DNA of 64,000 nt from Mobula hypostoma. Lineage: Eukaryota. The DNA lies in assembly GCF_963921235.1 (NCBI RefSeq), contig NC_086118.1, positions 27,716,001-27,780,000 of the forward strand. The letters run 5' to 3'. Below are positions 12,501 to 24,934 of the stretch, piece after piece; the stretch's first letter is position 1, and the number at the start of each line of letters is the position of its first letter. Below the pieces are notes generated by a model, which was not told the DNA's origin, searched no databases, and saw nothing but the letters and a program-made list of their open reading frames with translations. The position numbers and the translations under genes are program-made.

Positions 12501-14290
12501 CTCATCTGGGGAGCAGATGTGGTGGCGACAAATGAACTGAGAAAAGGGAATAGCATTTTTGTAGATGACAAGGTGGGAAGAGGTATAATCCAGGTAGCTG
12601 TGGGAATCTGTAGGTTTATAAGTGATGTTGGCAGACAGTTTATCTCCAGTGATGGAGACAGAGAGATTGAGAAAGGGGAGTGAGGTGTCTGAAATGGAAC
12701 AAGTGAATTTAAGGGCAGGGTGGAAGTTGGAGGCAAAGTTGATGAAATTGATGAGCTCTGCATGGGTGCAAAAGCAGCACCAATGCAGCGCAGAAAGAGT
12801 TGTGAAGCATTACCAGAGAAGGCTTGGAACCAGGATTGTTGCACAAAGCCAATGACAAAGCAGGCACATCTGAAGCCCATGTGGGTGCCCATGACTACTC
12901 CTTAAGTTTGGAGAAAGAGCGAGGAAACGAGGAAGAAACTGTTGAGGGTGAGGACCAGTTCTGCCAGATGGAGAAGGGTGGTACTGGAGGGGAATTGGTT
13001 GTGTCTGTTCGATTTCAAGTTCAAGTTCAATTTATTGTCATTTAACTGTACACTTGTATACCAGCAAACAACGCAAAGTTCCTACCTCTGCACCAAGGTG
13101 CACAGCAAGGTACATATCAGTCATACACATAATGGATAAAGTAATATTGCCATAACTAAATGATCAAATAATAAGATAAATATATGATGCAATTTAAAAA
13201 GCAAACAGTATAACACTACTGGTGCTTGATAAGTGACGAGACCAGGATGGTGGCAGGGAGTTTAGTAGTCTCATGGCCTGAGGGAAGAAGCCGTCTCCCA
13301 TCCTAACAGCTCTTGTCCTAATGCTATGGTACCTCCTGCCTCACAGAAGGGGGTCAAAGAGATTGTTGGCAGATGGAAGGGACATTGACACTGTTAAGGG
13401 CCCTGCATACGCAGCAGTCCTGATAACTATCTTTAATGGGTGGAAGTAAGACCCCGATGATCCTCTCAGCAGTCTTCACAATCCTTTTTAGGGACTTAAG
13501 GTCAGATGCCTTGAAATTCCCATACCAGAAGGTGATGCGTCTGGTCGGGACACTCTCAATGGTGCTCCTGTAAAAATTGCTTAAAATGGTGGGGGTGGGA
13601 TACGGGGATCCTCACTCTCCTCAGGAAGTGGAGACTCTGCTGTGATTTCTTGACCAATGTCGTCGGACCAGCTGAGGTTATCCGTTAAGTGCACTCCGAG
13701 AAGCTTCATGCTCCTAACTCTTTCCATGTGCACTGTATGTGCAGTGAGGAGTGGTCAGCCTACACGTTCCTAAACTCCCCAGTCATCTCTTTGGCCTTGT
13801 CCACATTAAGACTCAAGTTGTTGTGCTTGTAAACATTCTACCAGCTGAGCTACCTCCTCCCTGTATGATTTCTCATTATTGTTGATTAGGGCCAACCGCT
13901 GTTGTGGCATCAGCTAAATTGATTATTTAGTTTGAAATAGATTGGGCTGTGCAGTCATGCATCAGTACTGTGAATAGCAGTGGGCTGTTGTCGAGAAAGA
14001 AGCGAAGAGCTTGAACAAAATCTTGATGGGAAATGGAAGAAAATAAGGACTGGGCATCCATGATGAAAATGAGGCTGTCAGGGCCAGGGAATTAGCAGCT
14101 GTTGAGGAGACCGAGAGCATATGAGGTTTTGCAGGTGTAGGTGGGAAGGTTCTGAACCAACTGGTATAGAATGGAGCTGAGGCATGCAGACACGAGTTCA
14201 ATGAGGCAGGAGCAGGCAGAGACAATGGGCCTGCCCAGGCAGTCAGGTTTGTAGATTTCATGCAGGAAGAGGAATTGCACTGTGTGGGTG
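12501..14290 (-). mobile_element. Degenerate Penelope RT fragment split by a Rex1-like insertion at ~13012-13985
   Basis: MGTHMGFRCACFVIGFVQQS (12892 downward) and LHEIYKPDCLGRPIVSACSCLIELVSA (14092-14280) are colinear with the ORF at 33585-35716. Confidence 0.75.
13012..13985 (-). mobile_element. Rex1/Babar-like LINE 3' part, second subfamily, with (TTGAAC)n tail
   Basis: GTGGCATCAGCTAAATTGATT at ~13905 reads IN-LADAT on the minus strand, a decayed FADD motif. GCAGTCATG reads HDC. Tail TTCAAGTTCAAGTTCAA at ~13014. Confidence 0.65.
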
Positions 14291-14604
14291 CTAATCTAAA
14301 GTGCAAGTTTAATATGTCACTATTGAAAAGACACAACTTATACTCACAGGTACAATGACAATGGCCCCAATCAAAACAGAAGATCAAATGGCAACTGAAC
14401 CCTAGGTAGTATTGTAGACAATATCATTGATATTATTATTGCGAGAGGGATACATGTTTTTGCCTCCCATTTCAAGGGACAACCTTTAATTTGAAGGAAA
14501 ACTCTGTACTCTTACTTTGGGAAGAGAAAGTGACAGACTTTGGTATCCTGTGCTCTTGCATCAGAACTTTTTCCAGTTGTATAATGAATATATGGGACAA
14601 TGTA

Positions 14605-14815
14605 CAGGTCCTTCCCAGGTTACAGCAGGGTTCCAGTCCTGTGATCTGTTTGTAACCTGAACAGTTCACAGGTTGGAAGAGCTGCTAAGAATTGAGTTAA
14701 CACGTGGCAAATGATTTCTGCGTCAACCAACAGTCTGTCCTGCTGGTCTGCTGAATGATTTATTATATGTAAGGGATGTACGCAAGTCTGGCATCCATAA
14801 ACTGGGGAGGACCTG
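14605..14815. mobile_element. Tigger/pogo-type MITE (~210 bp)
   Basis: TIRs CAGGTCCTTCCCAGGTTAC and ATAAACTGGGGAGGACCTG. TA on the left and CA (probably a mutated TA) on the right. Confidence 0.7.
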
Positions 14816-14825
14816 CATTGTTATT

Positions 14826-15048
14826 ACACAAGAACATAAGAAATACGAACAGGTGTCGGCCATCTTGCCCATTGAACCTGCTCCACCACTTAATAAGATC
14901 ATGGCTGATCTGACCATAGTCTCATCTCCACCTGCCTTTTTCCTATAACCCTTAATTCCCCAACTATGCAAACATCTATCCAATCCTGTCTTAAATATAT
15001 TTACTGAGCAAGCCTCCACTGCTTCACTTGGCAGAGAATTCCACAGAT
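14826..15048 (-). mobile_element. CR1 3' end fragment
   Basis: Reverse complement matches 54820-55045. Peptide EACSVNIFKTGLDRCLHSWGIKGY. Confidence 0.85.
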
Positions 15049-15345
15049 ACTCATTACAAGATACTCATACTTTGTTATTGAAGACTCGTATGGTCAGATT
15101 TGGGAACAGCTTCTTTCCAACTGTGATAAGACTGCTGAACGGATCCTGACCCGGATCTGGGCCGTACCCTCCAAATATCCGGACCTGCCTCTCGGTTTTT
15201 TTGCACTCCCTTACATTCCATTTTTCTATTTTCTATTCATGATTTATAATTTAAATTTTTATATTTACTAATTTTTACTATTTTTAATATTTAATATTTG
15301 TAATCCAGGGAGCGGGAAGCACAGAATCAAATATCGCTGTGAAGA

Positions 15346-18102
15346 TTGTACGTTCTAATTGTTATTAATGATTATGATATAGTTGGGATCACAGAGATAT
15401 GGCTCCAGGGTGACCAGGGATGGGAGCTCAACGTTCAGGGATATTCAATATTCAGGAGGGATAGACATGAAGGAAGGGGAGGTGGGGTGGCGTTGCTGGT
15501 TAAAGAAGAGATTAACGCAATAGAAAGGAAGGACATAAGCTGGGAAGATGTGGAATCGATATGGGTAGAGCTGCGTAACACTAAGGGGCAGAAGACGCTG
15601 ATGGGAGTTGTGTACAGGCCACCTGAGAGTAGTAGTGAGGTCGGAGATGGTATTAAACAGGAAATTAGAAATGTGTGCAATAAAGGAACAGCAATTATAA
15701 TGGGTGACTTCAATCTACATGTAGACTGGGTGAACCAAATTGGTAAAGGTGCTGAGGAAGAGGATTTCTTGGAATGTATGCGGGATGGTTTTTTGAGCCA
15801 ACATGTCGAGGAACCAACTAGAGAGCAGGCTATTCTGGACTGGGTTTTGAGCAATGAGGAAGGGTTAATTAGCGATCTTGTTGTGAGAGGCCCCTTGGGT
15901 AAGAGTGACCATAATATGGTGGAATTCTTCATTAATATGGAGAGTGACATAGTTAATTCAGAAACAAAGGTTCTGAACTTAAAGAAGGGGAACTTTGAAG
16001 GTATGAGACGTGAATTAGCTAAGATAGACTGGCAAATGACACTTAAAGGATTGACGGTGGATATGCAATGGCAAGCATTTATAGGTTGCATGGATGAACT
16101 ACAACAATTGTTCATCCCAGTTTGGCAAAAGAATAAATCAAGGAAGGTAGTGCACCCATGGCTGACAAGAGAAATTAGGGATAGTATCAATTCCAAAGAA
16201 GTAGCATACAAATTAGCCAGAGAAAGTGGCTCACCTGAGGACTGGGAGAAATTCAGAGTTCAGCAGAGGAGGACAAAGGGCTTAATTAGGAAGGGGAAAA
16301 AAGATTATGAGAGAAAACTGGCAGAGAACATAAAAACGGACTGTAAAAGCTTTTATAGATATGTAAAAAGGAAAAGACTGGTAAAGACAAATGTAGGTCC
16401 CCTGCAGACAGAAACAGGTGAATTGATTATGGGGAGCAAGGACATGGCAGACCAATTGAATAATTACTTTGGTTCTGTCTTCACTAAGGAGGACATAAAT
16501 AATCTTCCAGAAATAGTAAGGGACAGAGGGTCCAGTGAGATGGAGGAACTGAGTGAAATACATGTTAGTAGGGAAGTGGTGTTAGGTAAATTGAAGGAAT
16601 TGAAGGCAGATAAATCCCCAGGGCCAGATGGTCTGTATCCTAGAGTGCTTAAGGAAGTAGCCCAAGAAATAGTGGATGCATTAGTGATAATTTTTCAAAA
16701 CTCGTTAGATTCTGGACTAGTTCCTGAGGATTGGAGGGTGGCTAATGTAACCCCAATTTTTAAAAAAGGAGGGAGAGAGAAACCGGGGAATTATAGACCG
16801 GTTAGCCTAACGTCGGTGGTAGGGAAACTGCTGGAGTCAGTTATCAAGGATGTGATAACAACACATTTGGAAAGCAGAGAAATGATCGGACAAAGTCAGC
16901 ATGGATTTGTGAAAGGAAAATCATGTCTGACGAATCTCATAGAATTTTTTGAGGAGGTAACTAGTAGAGTGGGTAGGGGAGAACCAGTGGATGTGGTATA
17001 TTTGGATTTTCAAAAGGCTTTTGACAAGGTCCCACACAGGAGATTAGTGTGCAGACTTAAAGCACACGGTATTGGGGGTAAGGTATTGGTGTGGGTGGAG
17101 AATTGGTTAGCAGACAGGAAGCAAAGAGTGGGAATAAACGGGACCTTTTCAGAATGGCAGGCGGTGACTAGTGGGGTACCGCAAGGCTCAGTGCTGGGAC
17201 CCCAGATGTTTACAATATATATTAATGACTTGGATGAGGGAATTAAATGCAGCATCTCCAAGTTTGCGGATGACACGAAGCTGGGCGGCAGTGTTAGCAG
17301 TGAGGAGGATGCTAAGAGGATGCAGGGTGACTTGGATAGGTTGGGTGAGTGGGCAAACTCATGGCAGATGCAATTTAATGTGGATAAATGTGAAGTTATC
17401 CACTTTGGTGGCAAAAATAGGAAAACAGATTATTATCTGAATGGTGGCCGATTAGGAAAAGGGGAGGTGCAACGAGACCTGGGTGTCATTATACACCAGT
17501 CATTGAAAGTGGACATGCAGGTACAGCAGGCGGTGAAAAAGGCGAATGGTATGCTGGCATTTATAGCAAGAGGATTCGAGTACAGGAGCAGGGAGGTACT
17601 ACTGCAGTTGTACAAGGCCTTGGTGAGACCACACCTGGAGTATTGTGTGCAGTTTTGGTCCCCTAATCTGAGGAAAGACATCTTTGCCATAGAGGGAGTA
17701 CAAAGAAGGTTCACCAGATTGATTCCTGGGATGGCAGGACTTTCATATGAAGAAAGACTGGATGAACTGGGCTTGTACTCGTTGGAATTTAGAAGATTGA
17801 GGGGGGATCTGATTGAAACGTATAAGATCCTAAAGGGATTGGACAGGCTAGATGCAGGAAGATTGTTCCCGATGTTGGGGAAGTCCAGAACGAGAGGTCA
17901 CAGTTTGAGGATAGAGGGGAAGCCTTTTAGGACCGAGATTAGGAAAAACTTCTTCACACAGAGAGTGGTGAATCTGTGGAATTCTCTGCCACAGGAAACT
18001 GTTGAGGCCAGTTCATTGGCTATGTTTAAGAGGGAGTTAGATATGGCCCTTGTGGCTACAGGGGTCAGGGGGTATGGAGGGAAGGCTGGGGCGGGGTTCT
18101 GA
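15346..18102 (+). CDS. CR1 ORF2: APE-type endonuclease plus reverse transcriptase, 918 aa; the first 4 codons come from flanking DNA
   Basis: EN motifs DIVGITEIW, GVVYRPP, MGDFN, ILDWVL and SDH. RT motifs KSPGPDG, NYRPVSLTS, YLDFQKAFDKVPH, GVPQGSVLGP and KFADDTKL. CR1 C-terminus RPHLEYCVQFWSP...NFFTQRVVNLWN. Confidence 0.93.
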   Translation: MYVLIVINDYDIVGITEIWLQGDQGWELNVQGYSIFRRDRHEGRGGGVALLVKEEINAIERKDISWEDVESIWVELRNTKGQKTLMGVVYRPPESSSEVGDGIKQEIRNVCNKGTAIIMGDFNLHVDWVNQIGKGAEEEDFLECMRDGFLSQHVEEPTREQAILDWVLSNEEGLISDLVVRGPLGKSDHNMVEFFINMESDIVNSETKVLNLKKGNFEGMRRELAKIDWQMTLKGLTVDMQWQAFIGCMDELQQLFIPVWQKNKSRKVVHPWLTREIRDSINSKEVAYKLARESGSPEDWEKFRVQQRRTKGLIRKGKKDYERKLAENIKTDCKSFYRYVKRKRLVKTNVGPLQTETGELIMGSKDMADQLNNYFGSVFTKEDINNLPEIVRDRGSSEMEELSEIHVSREVVLGKLKELKADKSPGPDGLYPRVLKEVAQEIVDALVIIFQNSLDSGLVPEDWRVANVTPIFKKGGREKPGNYRPVSLTSVVGKLLESVIKDVITTHLESREMIGQSQHGFVKGKSCLTNLIEFFEEVTSRVGRGEPVDVVYLDFQKAFDKVPHRRLVCRLKAHGIGGKVLVWVENWLADRKQRVGINGTFSEWQAVTSGVPQGSVLGPQMFTIYINDLDEGIKCSISKFADDTKLGGSVSSEEDAKRMQGDLDRLGEWANSWQMQFNVDKCEVIHFGGKNRKTDYYLNGGRLGKGEVQRDLGVIIHQSLKVDMQVQQAVKKANGMLAFIARGFEYRSREVLLQLYKALVRPHLEYCVQFWSPNLRKDIFAIEGVQRRFTRLIPGMAGLSYEERLDELGLYSLEFRRLRGDLIETYKILKGLDRLDAGRLFPMLGKSRTRGHSLRIEGKPFRTEIRKNFFTQRVVNLWNSLPQETVEASSLAMFKRELDMALVATGVRGYGGKAGAGF

Positions 18103-18192
18103 GTTGGATGATCAGCCAATATCATAATAAATGGCGGTGCAGGTTCGAAGGGCCGAATGGCCTACTCCTGCACCTATTTTCTATGTTTCTAT
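15358..18192 (+). mobile_element. Young CR1 LINE, 5'-truncated near the start of ORF2
   Basis: Uninterrupted ORF2, CR1-type 3' UTR and (TTTCTATG)n tail. GTTCTA is repeated at 15352-15357 and 18193-18198. Confidence 0.96.
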
Positions 18193-20489
18193 GTTCTAGT
18201 ATCAATTGTTTGGCGACAATAAAGTATAAAGTATAAGCTGCTGAAGTTAAAGCAAAGCATTACATTCTTTATAAAAGAGTGAAGGCTTTTGCATGTTATG
18301 CTCTGTTGGCAGTGGCCTTTCCATTGTGAAAATTTAGGCTTTTTGGAATGTTAGCATTATCCTTGATAGACTGAAAGTCATCGCTCTGGCTTCAGTCACC
18401 AAAGAATGCCTTTCTTAATGCCTTCTCCTTTGTAGGTATGTCAGATACTAGATACCATTGTTGGTAGATCTTCCACCCTATTGTACTGATTATTGCTTCT
18501 TTTAAAACCACCTTCAAAGGGCAGCAAGATTAATTTCCTTTTCCCATAACAGGCTTAGAGCTCAACTAGCCTCATGTGTCCACTTTCTATTGCAAGTGCA
18601 GAAATTGAATATTGACATAGCCTGTCTTAGGATCTAATCATTACCTTGAAATGATTCCACATTGTCAATGAGGTTAAGCACTCACCAGCGTAAGTAATCA
18701 ACATCAACCCATTACTCAGACACGTTTTGTTAATTCCAGATGTGTTCTCTCACCTGTAGATTTACCAAATGCATACCTATCTATTTCTGTTAAAATCTGT
18801 TTATAGTCAAAACAGAGGATACTTGGAAATATTCAGCAAGCTAGTTAGCATTTGTGGAGAAAGAAACACAGTCAGATGAAAGTCCACCTATCTGATAAAC
18901 TAAGTTCATTTCTGAATCGAAAAGTTGATCCTGACCTGTTGAATATGCACTGCTTTAATTTTAGATTTCCAGCAATTGCCTTTTATCTAGATCTCTGTTA
19001 AAATAGCTATTTAGCTAATTGCCAACAGGTGTATATTTTGATTGCTATCTCGAAGGCTAGTTAATGGAAGTAGCCACTAAGCATAAGGTTATTTACTCTA
19101 TCAGGAGAATAATTGTATGTACAGCCAAACATAGCCTAGTGTCTGAGGTCACATTAATTACAGCAATGTTTTGAGTGCATTCTAGTGTTTCCTATGGTGG
19201 CTGTCTTCACAGCAGATGTTTACATTCTAATGGAGTTGCTGTAGGCTGCAGAAGGTGAGATATAATCAGTTGTTGAGGATTTCACACAGCTCTTTGTTTA
19301 GGTAGCTACAATAATCAGCATGCTGCAACATGAACAATGTTGCAACATCCTTGAGATATTATCCAGGCTTCTGATCAGGAACATTTGTAAAATAAGTGAT
19401 AGATGTATGATTGTGCTTCAGCAAATTTTATTTTGTAGCTCATGCTAATGTGTATGTTCCGTAATGTTCCCTGCTGACCTGGTCACACTTTACCTGCCCT
19501 TTGTTTTGCCACAAGTTGTGAATGCCCGTTTACAGTTGTTTCTGCTAATAGAGGTTCTGAAACCTTTTGTCCTGTTCCTCTTTCCCCTCTGTAATGAAGA
19601 CCAGCATTTATAAAACATTAATTTTTGAAGAATAACTAATGCAGATATATTTTGGACCAAATACCAAGTGAAGCAGTTGTTGCTTCAACCCTTCTAAATA
19701 TTTAAACAGTAGGATGCATTGCATTCTCAGAGAAGAGTAAAAATGGTGGTACTGTTTGGGTCACTCCTTAACATTCAGACCCTTCTACAAGTCTGTGTTA
19801 CTTTTTACTGAATGAGCAACTGTCTCTGTAAAATAATACACAATCGATTTTCATTACTATCTTCCAAAAAAAAACCAGCAGTCTTTATTTCTATTTGTTG
19901 TTAGGGTGTCATTGCTTTAATAAACATTAATATAATTGAACAGAATTAATTATACAATTATGGACAAATTACTGCTGTAGAATTTTTAATAGTGTGGCTG
20001 TAAACAAATATGAACTTTGTGGTTAGCTATTTGTCATTTTTTATTAAATCCATTAGTTGGGTAACTATATCTCTGCTGTGTTTAAGAATACTGGTCTTAG
20101 AATTATTGTAATTTGTCACAATTTGTACAGATGGGTTTGCTCGTTGTGACTCGTCAGTGAAAGAGCAGCTGGAAGTCTTGACATGCGGCCCTGGATTTTT
20201 ATTGCTCTGAATGGGTGGCTTTGGGATCAAGCCACAACTTAAACATATTCTAACTTCAATATGTCAATAACCCATCAAGTTGCATGGAAACAGAGGGTTT
20301 GAACTTTAAACAAGTGAGCTCAGTTTTTCTGAGCTTCCTAGCACTTGCCAGAGAAAGCAGCAAGATAACACTGTGACACTGAATGGGAAATGGAGAGGGG
20401 CTGAGGGAAGGATGCCAGGACCCAGTGCCACCCAGCTGCTCCTTATGTCAGTGATGCTCTGAGAAGCTCAGTTCATAAAGCCTGTGGAG

Positions 20490-23028
20490 GCTTTCGAAAC
20501 CCCCACCCACTCCTGACTGTTGGTGAATGCACTGTCTCTACTGAAGGCCTCAGAGCAAGGTTGCTGTACCAGAGGGACATCAAGGTCTGCTATGTACTTT
20601 GTTCCACCGAGACGTGGCTCACACCTGCCGCTTTTGGTGCAGCACTGCAGCTCGATGTTTCACCATTCTCCACGAAGACAGGACAACTCAGTCTTTTAAA
20701 AGTAGAGGAGGCAGAGCATGCTTTATGATTAGTTAATTGTGGTGCACAGAAATGGCAATTCTTTCTCAGTCTTGCTCAATTGACCTGGAATGTTGAGTGG
20801 TCAAGTATCATCCATTATATCTGTTGAGGGAGTGTTCTACCATCATCCTGGTAACAGAGTACATTCCACCTTCGGCCAACATCAGGCAGACACTGGAGAA
20901 GCTGAGCACCACGATCAGTGGTCATGAAACCGAATACCCTGATGCCTTCCCTATCATTGTGGAAGATTTCAACCAGGCCTGCTTAAAGATGACTCTGAAC
21001 AACTACCACGATCATATCACCTGTGGATTCAGAGGAGCCAATACACTTGACAACTGTAAAAGCGCCATTAAGAGTGCTTATTGAGCCATCCCACATGATT
21101 GGAGGTAGAGATGGAATTGGATGCATATTAACTCAGATAGGTTTGCAGGCCATTACTTCCTGCAAGGTAAAATTTAACACCATGAATGCTATGATACTTC
21201 AATCCCAGACGAGTTCAATGCCTTTCATGTACACTTCGAAAAGGAGAATAGAGCTGAATAAAAGGTGAATCCCTGAGCAGCTGGTGACCCTGTGATCTGT
21301 CTCGGACACCGATGCCAGAACGTTTTTCAAGAGGGTGAACCCTTGCAAGGAATCAGGCCCTGGTAGTGTATTTGGTAGTGCTCTGAAAACCTGTGCCATT
21401 GGTAAGAGTGTTCAATGACATCTTCAGTCTCTCACTGCGGCTTCAAAAGGATGACAATTATACCAGTGCCCTAGAAGAGTAGGGTGAGCTGCCTCAATGA
21501 GTATCGCTCAGTTGCACTCACATCTACTGTGAAGAAATACTTTGAGAGGTTGGTCATGGCCAGAATCAATTCCTGCACAAGTAAGGACCTGAACCCACTG
21601 CAAATTGCCCATCTCCACAATAGGTATTAGCCAGCCAGTGGTGTACAGGCATCCGCAACAGACTTCGAGGCGAGCGGTCTGGGTTCGAATCCAGCCAGCG
21701 CCTTGCACGCTTTCCATCCGTGCTGGGTTGAGTGTCAAGCTAGCAACTCGGCCTCGTGAGAAAAGAGACAAATGCTAGAGAAATGGCAAGGTAGCTTCCC
21801 AATGCGCCACAAGGGGTGGAAAGGAACAACACACACAATAGGTGCATAGCACTGGCTCGCTACTTGGACTTGGACCACCTGGATAATAGTAATACCCATG
21901 TCAGACTGCTGTTTATTGATGACAGCTCAGAGTTCAACACAATTATGCCCTCAGTTCTAATCAAAAACCTCTAAAACCTGGGTCTCTGTACCTCCCTATG
22001 CAACTGGATCCTTGTCTTCCTCACCAGGAGACCACAGTATCTGCAGATTGGAAATAACTTCTCCTTGCTGACAATCAAAACTAGCACACTGCAATACTGG
22101 TGCACCTGAAGAATATGTGCTCTACTCTCTCTACACCCATGACTATGTGGCTAGGCATTGATGAAATGCCATCTATAAATTTATCAATGACTACTATTGT
22201 TGGCAGAATTTCAGATGGTGACAAGAAGACGTGCAGGAGCGAGCTGGATCATCTGATTGTGTGGTGTCATAACAACAACCTTGCATTCAATGTCATTAAG
22301 ACTAAGGAACTGACTGTGGAATTCAGGAAGGGGAAGTCAAGTAAACACGCACTCAATAGCCCTCATCGAGGGATCAGCAGTGGAAACAGTGAGCTTTCTG
22401 AAGTTCCTTGGTGTCAACATCTCTGAAGATCTATCCTGGATCCAAAGTACTGAGGCATTTACAAAGAAGGCACAACAGCAGCTATATTTCGTTAGGAGTA
22501 TGAGGAGTCTTGGTATGTCACCAAAGACTCTAGCAAATTTCTACAGGCTTACCATGGAGAATATTCTAATTGGTTGCATCATCATTTGTTATGGAAGGAC
22601 CACCGCACAGGACAGAAAAAGCTGCAGAAAGTTGTAAACTCAGGCAGTTCCATCATGGGTGCTATCCTCCCTAGCATCAAGGATTATCTCTAAAAGGCAG
22701 CTTCCATTATTAAATATCCTCATCACCCAGGACATGCTCGCTTCTCTTTGGAAGCATCAAGGGGGTGGTACAGGAGCCTGAAGACAACTCTCAGCATTCC
22801 AGGAATAGCTTATTCTCCTTTGCCTTCAGATTTTTGAATGGACAATGAATCCATGAACTCTACATCACCATTTTCACTCTCTTTTTGCATTACTTATTTA
22901 ATTTAATACTTTACATACATTTTTATTGTAATTTATGATTTTCTAAAATTATCTTTATTGCAATATACTGCTGCCGTAAAACAACGAAGTTCACGACACA
23001 TGCTAATGATATTAAATCTGATTCTGAG
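20490..23028 (+). mobile_element. Degenerate Rex1/Babar-like LINE (EN and RT remnants plus 3' UTR)
   Basis: EYIPPSAN...FPIIVEDFNQ...NTLD, WCHNNNLAFNVIKTKELTVEFRK and KFLGVNISEDLSW. Tail ATTAAATCTGATTCTGA. Many stops and frameshifts. Confidence 0.88.
21626..21833 (+). mobile_element. tRNA-derived SINE inserted in the Rex1 copy
   Basis: A-box-like TGGTGTACAGG, B-box GGTTCGAATCC and an AAC/AC-rich tail. 10-bp TSD CACAATAGGT at 21616-21625 and 21834-21843. Confidence 0.85.
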
Positions 23029-23149
23029 GTAACTTATTAGTCTTTGGGGTGAATTATGTAACACAAGAATAGAGCTACTCTTCAAATGTACAGTATACAT
23101 ACATGTTCAATGCATTTAGTAATATTAACCTTTTTTAAGCCATTAAAAA

Positions 23150-23320
23150 TTATGTGGCCTACAAATCATACACCATTCCAATGTTTGAGGGGGTCTTCAA
23201 TTAGTCTGTGTGCAGTAGCAGGAGGAGTTTAGACTGTAGTCCTTTCCCACAGAGCCTTTGTATTGTCTGTTCCAAATCTCAGTGCATTCCTCTGCATGTA
23301 CTCCTGCAGTTCGCCTATAT
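23150..23320 (-). mobile_element. Old Tx1-like 3' fragment
   Basis: Minus strand reads LQEYMQRNALRFGTDNTKALW, similar to RLQEYVLRDALKLGAAT in the copy at 2823-4272. Confidence 0.55.
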
Positions 23321-24043
23321 TATCTGATGAGAGAATGCTTCATGGCTGGGTTACCATCCCACTGTTCATGGAAGAAGGAAACCCCCTTTAAAATGAAGCA
23401 GATCATACCCTGAAAACTATTAGCAACCTGCAGAGACATTCCAGGTGCCTTGATAATCTGACACAAGTCAATGTACATTAGGCCAGGTCTTCAGAAAGGT
23501 GTTTTTTTCATGCTCCAGATATATGAGGCAGAGAGAGCTGAAGACACAGAACTTCTGCAGCCAATAAGGAGCGAGAAGTCAATAATATATAAGAGGAGTG
23601 ACACAAAACGTGGTTGGGGTGCCTTCATTAATGCTAGTCCACCTTTGTGATTCAGCAAGCCACTCTTCTGAAATATAGCAGCCAAACCTCCTTCCCCTGT
23701 TTAGCTTCTCCTGCAGAGACCAATCTTGTTGACAGCTTAGCATGTCTTGCACAGCCCCAGTGTTCATTGTTACATATGCCCTACCACTGTGGTCAAGCTA
23801 AAACCCCATGTGGCAGGCACAGTGGCACAATTTAAATTTGGTGTGGTGCTGAAATGTGGAGTCTCCTCATGTGCAAGTTAAGAATGTTGGAACCCAACAA
23901 TCTAATCTTGCGCAAAGCAGTCGTGTATATACCACATGAAATTCCTCTTCCATCCCTTAAATTTCTGCAAAGCTGACCTTGGCAAAGGCAAAAACAGACT
24001 ATTTTGCTGCCTGCCCTGATCAGTCCTATGGTTCTGACCATTG

Positions 24044-24220
24044 GATGCTCCTGACGAGCGTCCTATTGTCTCACTGGATATACTGTTCCTTTCTAGCCTT
24101 CAGGCATAGAATATTGCAGACTTGGCACGTTGAGACTTGTCAGATGCTCCTGATCAGCATCCTATTGTCTCACTGGATATACTGTTCCATTCTAGCCTTC
24201 AGACATGCAGACTAGGCACT
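24044..24220. repeat. Tandem duplication with ~99-bp period
   Basis: GATGCTCCTGA..AGC.TCCTATTGTCTCACTGGATATACTGTTCC.TTCTAGCCTTCAG starts at 24044 and again at 24143. Confidence 0.9.
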
Positions 24221-24934
24221 TGCAATTATTTTATTGCATAAACAAACTCAGTTCTTTATAGATCTATTTCGGAGGTGTTGAAAATTCTATTCAGTTATAT
24301 CTACGTTAATTCATGCTCCCTTTAAGTGCAACTAATGGTGACTCAGTGAAAATACAATACAAATGCTCCACGTTAATCCTGTAACGTTTATACGACTGTA
24401 CACTTCCTTTCTGTTTAGTCAATAAACAATCCAAAATAGCTTTAGTTGGTGTCAGCTGTAAAAATCCATTGAATATTAGAGGAGGACATAATTTAACTTC
24501 TATTCTTGCTATCTGACGATATTTGCATATAACTGCACCATTTCCTGTTTCCCTGATTAGTTCCTTCAGTGTAACTTTTCCTGAGCCATGTATGTTTTCT
24601 GGGTGAAAATATTTGTACTAAAAATTTCTGCCAATTTAAAAAAAGGTTTAAATCATCCTGTCATTCAGTCAATTTTCATTCAACATCCCTAATAAGTTGG
24701 TCGACATACAATGACAATGTCAGTTTGTAGTTTGTTTTATTCGCATAGTATAGCCTACAACACACAATAATTGGAAGTTCGGCCTCCAGCACTTATCCAA
24801 CGCAAACTTTATTTGCAGAGTTAATTTTTTTTTAATGTGTTGAAGCCACATCATTTAAAAAAATACTTCCTAAAGCAGTCATTTAGAAAAAGTAAATGAA
24901 TTAATTACAGTAAAAAATATATATATATCTTCCT

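Larger units (their letters stand above)
15078..18236 (+). mobile_element. Rex1-like 3' end (15078-15357 plus 18193-18236) split by the young CR1
   Basis: The two halves join into a sequence matching the reverse complement of 61050-61340, with the (AAAGTAT)n tail. Confidence 0.85.

Noticed and set aside
15435..17714. Long antisense ORFs (258, 134 and 93 aa) opposite CR1 ORF2
   Set aside because: They are shadow frames of the LINE coding strand.
20455..20502. CTGAGAA...CGAAAC as a hammerhead
   Set aside because: The core does not match CUGANGA, and there is no stem I or NUH site.
21626..21700. tRNA gene
   Set aside because: A and B boxes are present but there is no complete cloverleaf. It is the head of a SINE with a TSD.
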